Positions 36,160 to 43,514 of a DNA stretch of 64,000 bases are shown in pieces. The stretch is from the NCBI GenBank assembly GCA_964393895.1, contig CAYMWP010000007.1:81-64080 (forward strand). The letters are read 5' to 3'. Both the position numbers and the translations under genes were made by a program. The first letter of the stretch is position 1, and every line of letters starts with the position of its first letter. The stretch is from an uncultured Anaerolineales bacterium (lineage in GTDB: Bacteria; Chloroflexota; Anaerolineae; B4-G1). Under the pieces are notes generated by a model. It did no database searches, had not been told where the DNA came from, and saw nothing but the letters and a program-made list of their open reading frames with translations.

Positions 36160-37524
36160 ATGGAACAACAATTTGATCTACTCTTGACCGGCGGCACGGT
36201 CGTCACTGGGGAGCACATCCGCCGCGCCGACGTGGGCGTGCAGGGCGAAATCATCGCCGCCGTCGAGCCAGACCTGCCCCGCGAGGCGGCCCGCGAGGTG
36301 GTGGACGCCAGCGGCCGGTACGTCTTCCCTGGCATCATTGACGTGCACGTCCACCCTGTTTATCTGGACAGCGTGGAGGATTGCTCGCGCGTCGCGGCCT
36401 ACGGCGGCACGACCACGCTCTTGCACTATGCCTACGCCCGCACCGGCGACAGCCTGCTGCAAAAGGTCGAAGAGATGCTGGCGGACGGGCTGGCGAACTC
36501 GCTGCTCGACTTTGGCCTGCACGGGGGGATGTTCGAGGCTCCCAGGCAGTTGCAGGACGTGCCCCAGGTGTTCGAGATGGGGGTCCGCACTTTCAAGTTC
36601 TTTATGCCCTACGTCAAACAAGGGTGGACCACCGACGACTACCACCTGGTCAGAGCGATGGACATACTGGCCGGCCTGGGCGGTATGGCGATGGTCCATG
36701 CCGAGAACGGCGGCGCGATTGACTACCTGGAGGACAAATATCTCACGCGGCCTGATGCTTCGGCCAGATACTACAACGTCACCCGCCCGGCGGCGATGGA
36801 GGAGGAGGCCGTCTTCCGCGCCATCCGCATGGCCGAGGTGATGGGGTGCCCGCTCTACATTGCGCACAACACGACCGCCCGCGCCATCCGCCACATCCGC
36901 GACGCGCAGGAGGCGGGGCTGCCGGTCTATGCCGAGACCTGCCCTCAATACCTCACGCTGACCAAAGACATACTTGAAGAGCGCGGAGCCTTGGCCAAGA
37001 TCGGCCCGCCCATCCGCACTGCCGAGGATCGGGCCGGGCTGTGGGACGCGCTGGCCGAGGGTGTGATCCAGACAGTCGCCACCGACCACGCGCCGAAACG
37101 CAAGGACGTGAACGGCGACTTTATCGAGCAGCCATTTGGCGCTCCCCAGATCGAGACGCTGCTCCCGCTGGTCTATGACGGCGGCGTGAACACGGGGCGC
37201 ATCAGCGTGGTGCGTTTGGTGCAGGTGCTGTGTGAGAACCCGGCCCGCATCTTTGGGCTCTATCCCAAGAAAGGCACCATCGCCATTGGCTCCGACGCCG
37301 ACCTGGTGGTCTTTGACCCCACCCGCACGTTCACTATCCGCGCCGAGAACCAACATTCCAACGCCGGGTACACGCTGTACGAGGGGCGCACCGTGCTGGG
37401 CTGGCCGGAGATGTCCTTCCAACGAGGGCAGCGCGTCCTGTGGCGGGGAGAGATCGTGGCCGGGCCGGGGCGGGCGCAGTTCCTGCCCACGCTCGAATCG
37501 CGGGTGGATCCGCTGACGACTTGA
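36160..37524 (+). CDS. Cyclic amidohydrolase (dihydropyrimidinase/hydantoinase family)
   Basis: FPGIIDVHVH metal motif, carbamyl-Lys context RTFKFFMPY, MVHAENG and ATDHAP. Confidence 0.8.
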   Translation: MEQQFDLLLTGGTVVTGEHIRRADVGVQGEIIAAVEPDLPREAAREVVDASGRYVFPGIIDVHVHPVYLDSVEDCSRVAAYGGTTTLLHYAYARTGDSLLQKVEEMLADGLANSLLDFGLHGGMFEAPRQLQDVPQVFEMGVRTFKFFMPYVKQGWTTDDYHLVRAMDILAGLGGMAMVHAENGGAIDYLEDKYLTRPDASARYYNVTRPAAMEEEAVFRAIRMAEVMGCPLYIAHNTTARAIRHIRDAQEAGLPVYAETCPQYLTLTKDILEERGALAKIGPPIRTAEDRAGLWDALAEGVIQTVATDHAPKRKDVNGDFIEQPFGAPQIETLLPLVYDGGVNTGRISVVRLVQVLCENPARIFGLYPKKGTIAIGSDADLVVFDPTRTFTIRAENQHSNAGYTLYEGRTVLGWPEMSFQRGQRVLWRGEIVAGPGRAQFLPTLESRVDPLTT

Positions 37525-37731
37525 TATTACCTCGACAATGTTAACTTCCATCAAACGGTGGGTTAGTGTTCGTAGTAAGGCACGAAACGAAGTGGAGTGC
37601 CCGTCATAAACGGCGCAAACGCCACTCCGCTCGCGCTCCGTGGCTAACTATGAACCAAACTTGGCATCGTCGAGTGACCCTCCCGCCGGTTTCTAACCTG
37701 CGGAGGGTGGCTGAATATAGGAGGGTGTGGA

Positions 37732-39660
37732 TTGGGGAAGAGAATCGTAACCGGAAATGAAGCTCTCGTCCTGGGCGCGCTGCGGGCCGGGGTCAAGGTC
37801 GCCGCTGGCTACCCTGGCACGCCCTCGTCGGGGGCGCTGGGCAGCCTCCTGAGGATGAGCCTGGGCGACGACCGGCACGTCGAGTGGGGCGCCAACGAGA
37901 AGGTCGCCTTTGAGATTGCGGCTGGCGCCGCCTGGGCCGGCCAGCGGGCGCTGTGCACGATGAAAATGTCTGGTCTCAACGTCGCTTCGGACGCCATCTA
38001 TTCCATCGCCTACTCTGGCGTCAACGGCGGTCTGGTGATCTATGTGGCGGACGATTCGGGCGTCAGCGCGGGAATGTGCGAGCAGGATTCGCGCCTCTAC
38101 GCCGCCATGTTCGACCTGCCGATGCTGGAGCCCGCCTCGGTAGCCGAGACGTACAAGCTGATCCAGGTCGCCTTTGATCTCTCCGAACAGGCCGGCAGCC
38201 CTGTCTTTGTCCGGCTGGTGGCGGGCATCTCCAACGCCCACGCCGCGGTGGAGATCGAGGAGCCGGCGCCGCCCGCCAAGCGCGACGTGGTCCTGGAACG
38301 AGACATTGCCAGATACACCAAGGCGGGTTCGGCCATCTGTATGGACCAGCACCGCGACGTGATCGCCCGGCTGGAGGAGGCGGGGCAGGCCATCCGCGAG
38401 ATGAGACTGAACGAACTCGATCTGGTTTCTCCATCAGGCGGACTGGGGATCATCGCGTCGGGGATGGCGGCTGCTTACCTGGAGGAAGGGTTCGAGATTT
38501 TGGAGAGAAACCAGGTTTTTGCTGTAAGCGAAGCGACGGTTTCCGTGCTGCGCGTCGTGGCGACCCACCCGTTTCCGGCGGAGGAGGTGCGGGCGCTGCT
38601 GCGTCACTGCGGCACGATCCTGGTGCTGGAGGAATTGGAGCCGCATCTGGAGAAGAGCATTTACGTCGAAGCGCAGCGGCTCGGTTTCGAGGGGCGTATC
38701 ATCGGCAAACTGGATGGCACCTTTGACCGGATCGGCGAGTACGGCGTGCGGCAGGTGATACAGGGCATCGGCGAGGCGCTGGGCCAGGGAGAGACCAGGT
38801 TTCCTGAAAGAAACCTAGTCTCTGATGCGGCAGAAGAACTGGCGGCCGCGCGCCCCATCACCGTCTGCGCGGGCTGCCCTCACCGGGGGACGTTCATGGC
38901 GATCAACCAGGCCCTCAAGAGGCTGAAACTCAAGAAAGACGAGGTGATGGTAACGGGCGACATCGGCTGCACCATCCTGGGAATGAACCCGCCGTTCCAC
39001 ACCGTCTGGAACGAGGTCTCGATGGGCACCAGCGTCAGCCTGGCCCAGGGGTACGTCCACGCTGGCATCCAGACGCCCGTCGTCGCCACCATCGGCGATT
39101 CCACTTTTTTTCACGGCGGCATCCCCGGCCTGATCAACGCCATCCAACACCAGGCCCCCATGACGCTGATCGTCATGGATAACGGCTGGACCAGCATGAC
39201 CGGCATGCAAGTCAACCCCGGCACCGACGAATCGTTCCAGCCGCCCGGCAGCCAGAGGGTGGACCTCGCCAGGCTCATCCCCGCGCTGGGGGTGGAGCAC
39301 TTTTTCGTCATTGATCCCTTCGAGTTAGAAGCGGCCACCGGGATCATCCAAAAGTGTCTGACATTGCCGGGAGTCAAGGTGGTGCTCGCCCGCCAGGAGT
39401 GCGCCATCCAGGCCCGGCGGCGGGGACTCGAGGCGGGAAAGATCAAAGTGATCCCCGAAAACTGTACCCTGTGCAAGCAATGCGTCGTCGTCACCGGCTG
39501 CCCGGCCATCACGCTGGGAGAAAAGAGCATCATTATTGACCCTGCCCAGTGTTACGGCTGCGGCCTGTGCGCGCAGGTGTGCAAGTTTGGGGCGATTGAG
39601 CGAGTCAGCGAACCTGTCCTGAGCACAGCCGAAGGGTCAGCGAGTGAGCGAAATGAATAA
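37732..39660 (+). CDS. iorA: Indolepyruvate:ferredoxin oxidoreductase alpha subunit
   Basis: TTG start 6 nt after AGGAGGG. N-terminus GNEALVLGALRAGVKVAAGYPGTPSS, TPP-binding region GDIGC...GDSTFFHGG, and C-terminal 2x[4Fe-4S] (CTLCKQCVVVTGCP, CYGCGLCAQVC). Confidence 0.88.
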   Translation: MGKRIVTGNEALVLGALRAGVKVAAGYPGTPSSGALGSLLRMSLGDDRHVEWGANEKVAFEIAAGAAWAGQRALCTMKMSGLNVASDAIYSIAYSGVNGGLVIYVADDSGVSAGMCEQDSRLYAAMFDLPMLEPASVAETYKLIQVAFDLSEQAGSPVFVRLVAGISNAHAAVEIEEPAPPAKRDVVLERDIARYTKAGSAICMDQHRDVIARLEEAGQAIREMRLNELDLVSPSGGLGIIASGMAAAYLEEGFEILERNQVFAVSEATVSVLRVVATHPFPAEEVRALLRHCGTILVLEELEPHLEKSIYVEAQRLGFEGRIIGKLDGTFDRIGEYGVRQVIQGIGEALGQGETRFPERNLVSDAAEELAAARPITVCAGCPHRGTFMAINQALKRLKLKKDEVMVTGDIGCTILGMNPPFHTVWNEVSMGTSVSLAQGYVHAGIQTPVVATIGDSTFFHGGIPGLINAIQHQAPMTLIVMDNGWTSMTGMQVNPGTDESFQPPGSQRVDLARLIPALGVEHFFVIDPFELEAATGIIQKCLTLPGVKVVLARQECAIQARRRGLEAGKIKVIPENCTLCKQCVVVTGCPAITLGEKSIIIDPAQCYGCGLCAQVCKFGAIERVSEPVLSTAEGSASERNE

Positions 39661-40324
39661 TCACGAATCACGCTTGACGTTTGACGTTTCACGTTTCACG
39701 TTCGACGTTTACCTGGTAGGTGTCGGCGGTCAGGGAGTTCTGACCATTGGCAATCTAATCACCGAAGCGGCCGCCCGGCAAAGCGTTCCGGTCATTTTCT
39801 ACCCCACGAAAGGCATGGCCCAGCGGGGCGGGGCGGTCAAAGCCCGGCTGCGACTGGGCCGCGAGGCCGTCGGGCCGAACATCCCTGAACACGGGGCCGA
39901 CCTGGTGATAGCGATGGAGCGCTCGGAAGCGCTCAAGGCGGTGCGGTTCATCAAGCCCGGAGGGGACTTTGTCCTGTTTGGGCGCGTCTGGGCGCCGGCG
40001 GCGGTGATGGCGTATAACACCGACCGCAGCGGTCGACAACATCCGTCCGGCAAGGCGGATTATCCCACACTGGAGCAGGTGCGGGGGCAGGTGCAGGAGG
40101 CAGGGGGCAGGATGCAATATCTTGATCCCGCAAATCTGCCCCTCCACGAAGGCGCTCCTGTACCAGCCAACATCTTTGTGCTCGGCGCGGCGCTGGGCCA
40201 TACAGGGCTGGGCGAGGTGCTGGATTCATCCGAGGTGGCGCGCCTGGTCCAGAACCGCTGGAAGAAGGGCGCCGTGCGCAACAGTTTTGCGTTCCAGGCG
40301 GGGCTGGAGGCCGAGCCACGGTGA
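39644..40324 (+). CDS. iorB: Indolepyruvate:ferredoxin oxidoreductase beta subunit
   Basis: LVGVGGQGVLTIGNLI... is the typical IorB N-terminus. The start is ambiguous (GTG 39644, ATG 39653, TTG 39674) because a heptamer array occupies the first ~20 codons. Confidence 0.8.
   Translation: MSEMNNHESRLTFDVSRFTFDVYLVGVGGQGVLTIGNLITEAAARQSVPVIFYPTKGMAQRGGAVKARLRLGREAVGPNIPEHGADLVIAMERSEALKAVRFIKPGGDFVLFGRVWAPAAVMAYNTDRSGRQHPSGKADYPTLEQVRGQVQEAGGRMQYLDPANLPLHEGAPVPANIFVLGAALGHTGLGEVLDSSEVARLVQNRWKKGAVRNSFAFQAGLEAEPR
39661..39709 (+). repeat. Heptamer tandem array (TCACGTT-type, 7 units) at the iorA/iorB junction
   Basis: tcacgaa tcacgct tgacgtt tgacgtt tcacgtt tcacgtt cgacgtt, beginning immediately after the iorA stop (39658-39660). 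Confidence 0.8.
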
Positions 40325-42363
40325 GTATCGAGAGCCTCTTTTACCCGCGCGGCGTCGTCATCGTCGGCTCCACGTCTGAAGGCAGAATTGGCTGGGAGCT
40401 GATCCGCCAGATGCTAGATGGCGGCTACGAGCGCATCTTTGCCGTCAACCCCAAAGCACAGGGCGCGTTCGGCGTGCCGGGCTACGGGTCTGTGACCGAG
40501 ATTGAGCGGCCGGTTGATGTGATCGTCGTCGTCTCGCCGCCCGCGACGGTGCCGTCCGTGTTGGAGGATTGCGGTCGAGCTGACGTCCGCGCGGCGGTGG
40601 TCATCACGGCTGGCTTTTCCGAAGCCGGCAACGACGCGGGCGAGGCCGAAATCAAGCGGGTGGCCGATCAACACAGGATCCGCTTCATCGGTCCCAACTG
40701 CGCTGGCCTCATCAACACCGCCCACCAACTCTACCCCACGTTAGAGACCCACCCGCCGGCCGGGAGCGTGGCCATCGTTGCCCAGAGCGGCGCGGTGGGG
40801 GGCGTGCTGACCGCCTGGGCCAAAGAGTTCGGGCTGGGCATCTCCAAGTTCGTCAGTTACGGCAACGGGGCCGACCTGAACGAGATTGATTTTTTGCGCT
40901 ACCTGTCCGGCGACGCCGAGACCAGGGTGGTGGCGCTGTACATCGAGAGCGCATCGGGCGGGAGAGAGTTTATGCAAGCGGTGCGGGAGTGCGCTGCCCA
41001 AAAGCCCGTGGTCGTCATCAAGGCCGGCCGGACTCGATCGGGCCGGCGGGCGACGCTTTCGCACACCGGCTCGCTGGCCGGCGCCGACGCTGTCTACGAC
41101 GCGGCCCTGCGGCAGTGTGGCGCGATTCGCGTGCACACTATAGAGGAGATGTTCGACCTGTGCAAGGCTTTCGTCCACGTGCCACGTTTGCAGGGGCGAC
41201 GGGTCGCCATCGTGACCAACTCGGGCGGGCCGGGCGTCCTGGCCGCCGACCGGGCGGAGGAGGTCGGGTTGGACGTGGTCGAGCCTGGCCCGGCGACGAA
41301 AGAGAGACTGGCCGAGTTCCTGCCCCCACAGTGCGCGTTCAAGAATCCCATCGACCTGACGGTGGAAGGCACGGAAGAGGGATACCGCAAGACGCTGCTG
41401 ACCGTGGCGGATGAGTACGACGCGATCCTGGCCCTGAACATCGCTCCGGCCTATCTCGACTCGCTGCCCCTGGCACGCGGGGTCTGCGATGCGGCGGAGC
41501 AGAGCGGCACGCCGATAGTGGCTGCTTTCCTACCCCGGCAGATCGTGGCCGAAGCGGTTCCCTACCTGGAAGAGCGCGGCATCCCCAACTTTGGCACTGG
41601 CGAGCGGGCTGTGGCAGCGCTGGCGAGAGTAGCAGCGTATGAGCAGAAACCAGGTTTTGCGGAAAAAACCTGGTTTCTTGGCGAGCAAGAGCGGTTGCCT
41701 GGTGAGGAGCAGATGCTGGAACCCGAGGCGATGGCCTGGCTGCGGGAGAACGACATCCCGGTACCCGAGTTCCGCTTTGCGGCGACCCAGGACGAGGCGG
41801 TGCGGGGCTGCCGCGAGATCGGCTATCCGGTGGTGATGAAGGTCGTCTCGCCCGAGATTGTGCACAAGTCGGACGTGGGCGGGGTGATCGTGAACATTGG
41901 CGATGACCGGGCAGCGAGGGATGCTTTCGAGAGGATCAAACAAGCCGCCGAGGGCAAGGACCTGCGCGGCGTGGTCATCTACCCGATGATGCCGACCGCA
42001 GCGGTCGGTGGGGACGGGCAGGAGGTGCTGCTGGGGCTTTCGCGCGATCCCCAGTTCGGGCCGGTGGTCGCCTTTGGACTGGGCGGCGTCTACACCGAGG
42101 TCTGGCGCGACGTCGCCCTGCGCGTGGCCCCGGTCAATCGCGCCGAGGCCGAGGCAATGATTCGGGAGATCAAGTCCTTCCCGCTGCTTGAGGGCGTGCG
42201 CGGGCAAAAGCCCTGCGACCTGGGCGCTTTGGCGGACGTGCTGGTCAGCTTCTCCCAACTCCCCTTCCGCTATCCCGAGATTGATGAGATAGACCTTAAC
42301 CCGGTGTTCTTGTTCTCGGAGGGGTTGGTGGTGGGGGACGTGAGGGTGATACGTAAAGCGTAA
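40321..42363 (+). CDS. ADP-forming acetyl/acyl-CoA synthetase (fused alpha-beta; CoA-binding + ATP-grasp)
   Basis: GTG overlaps the iorB stop. N-terminus SLFYPRGVVIVGS, ligase-CoA domains with the phospho-His region (LSHTGSLAG), and a C-terminal ATP-grasp (IGYPVVMKVVSPEIVHKSDVGGV). Confidence 0.85.
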   Translation: MSIESLFYPRGVVIVGSTSEGRIGWELIRQMLDGGYERIFAVNPKAQGAFGVPGYGSVTEIERPVDVIVVVSPPATVPSVLEDCGRADVRAAVVITAGFSEAGNDAGEAEIKRVADQHRIRFIGPNCAGLINTAHQLYPTLETHPPAGSVAIVAQSGAVGGVLTAWAKEFGLGISKFVSYGNGADLNEIDFLRYLSGDAETRVVALYIESASGGREFMQAVRECAAQKPVVVIKAGRTRSGRRATLSHTGSLAGADAVYDAALRQCGAIRVHTIEEMFDLCKAFVHVPRLQGRRVAIVTNSGGPGVLAADRAEEVGLDVVEPGPATKERLAEFLPPQCAFKNPIDLTVEGTEEGYRKTLLTVADEYDAILALNIAPAYLDSLPLARGVCDAAEQSGTPIVAAFLPRQIVAEAVPYLEERGIPNFGTGERAVAALARVAAYEQKPGFAEKTWFLGEQERLPGEEQMLEPEAMAWLRENDIPVPEFRFAATQDEAVRGCREIGYPVVMKVVSPEIVHKSDVGGVIVNIGDDRAARDAFERIKQAAEGKDLRGVVIYPMMPTAAVGGDGQEVLLGLSRDPQFGPVVAFGLGGVYTEVWRDVALRVAPVNRAEAEAMIREIKSFPLLEGVRGQKPCDLGALADVLVSFSQLPFRYPEIDEIDLNPVFLFSEGLVVGDVRVIRKA

Positions 42364-42392
42364 AACGTGAAACGTCAAACGTGAAACGTGAG
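42351..42392 (+). repeat. Heptamer tandem array (ACGTGAA-type, 6 units; reverse orientation of TCACGTT)
   Basis: acgtaaa gcgtaaa acgtgaa acgtcaa acgtgaa acgtgag. It spans the acs stop codon and runs into the RBS (GAGGAG) of the next gene. Confidence 0.8.
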
Positions 42393-42402
42393 GAGTTTGC
42401 TA

Positions 42403-43497
42403 ATGACGATGCAGATTGAACCGCAGCGTGGCCTGGCGGCGATGGGGCCCTACGCGCCCGGCAAGCCCATCGAAGAGGTGCAGCGGGAGTACGGTCTCAC
42501 GGACGTGGTCAAGCTGGCCTCCAACGAGAACCCCCTCGGCCCCTCCCCCAGGGCGCTGGCGGCCATAGAGCGGGCGCTTACCCGGTTGAATTTTTATCCT
42601 GACGCGCAGAGCTACAGTCTGCGCCAGGCGATTGCGGGACGGTTGGGGTTTGAACTGGAACAGGTGATCGTGGGCAACGGGGCCGATGGCATCATCACGC
42701 AGCTCTGCCTGGCCTATTTGGATGAGGAGGGCGAGGTCATCGTCAGCCGCTCGTCTTTTCCTGTCTACGACCGCTTCACTCACGTCATGAGAGCAACACT
42801 GGTCAAGACGCCCCTGAAGGATTATCGTCTGGATCTGGAAGCGATGGCGCGGGCGATCACCGACCGGACCAGGCTCGTCTTTGTCTGCAATCCCAACAAC
42901 CCAACCGGGACCATCGTCACGGCGGGCGAGGTGGAGGCCTTTATGGGGCAGGTCCCCGACCACGTACTGGTGGTCTTTGACGAGGCGTATTACGAGTACG
43001 TTGACGCCGCCGAGTACCCGGACTCGCTCCGGTACATTCGGGAGGGTCGGCCCAACGTGTTGACCATTCGCACCCTTTCTAAAGCCTACGGCCTGGCTGG
43101 CCTGCGGCTGGGGTATGCGATCTCCACTCCCGAAATACTGGCCCCGCTGTACCAGGTCAAAGAGATCTTTAACGTCAACCTGCTGGCCCAGGCCGCTGGC
43201 ATCGCCGCTCTGGAGGACGAGGAATTTCTCCACAGGTCGGTGGCGGCCAACCGCGCCGGGCTTCAATTTCTGTACGGCGAGTTTAACCGGCTGGGGTTGC
43301 ACTATGTCGAGGGGTACGGCAACTTTGTCCTGGTCGAGATTGGCCCGCAGGCGGCGGAGGTGCAAGAACAACTGTTGGCACGAGGCGTCATCGTGCGGCC
43401 CTGCACCAACTATGACCTGCCCGACTTTGTCCGCATCTCGGTAGGCAGCGAGGCGCAGAACGCCCGGCTGGTCGAGGCGCTTGAGGCCGTGTTGTAG
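42403..43497 (+). CDS. Histidinol-phosphate/aromatic aminotransferase (class II PLP aminotransferase)
   Basis: ATG at 42403 follows GAGGAG. VKLASNENPLGPSP, FVCNPNNPTG and the PLP-Lys context LRTLSKAYGLAGLRLGY. Confidence 0.85.
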   Translation: MTMQIEPQRGLAAMGPYAPGKPIEEVQREYGLTDVVKLASNENPLGPSPRALAAIERALTRLNFYPDAQSYSLRQAIAGRLGFELEQVIVGNGADGIITQLCLAYLDEEGEVIVSRSSFPVYDRFTHVMRATLVKTPLKDYRLDLEAMARAITDRTRLVFVCNPNNPTGTIVTAGEVEAFMGQVPDHVLVVFDEAYYEYVDAAEYPDSLRYIREGRPNVLTIRTLSKAYGLAGLRLGYAISTPEILAPLYQVKEIFNVNLLAQAAGIAALEDEEFLHRSVAANRAGLQFLYGEFNRLGLHYVEGYGNFVLVEIGPQAAEVQEQLLARGVIVRPCTNYDLPDFVRISVGSEAQNARLVEALEAVL

Positions 43498-43514
43498 CTC
43501 CGATTGCCGGCAGA

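Noticed and set aside
37525-37731. Possible riboswitch or leader upstream of iorA (hairpins agtggagtg...cgccactc and ccctcccgc...gcggaggg)
   Set aside because: The hairpins are present but match no riboswitch class that I recognise. The second hairpin overlaps the RBS region and may be simple secondary structure, so it is not reported as a feature.
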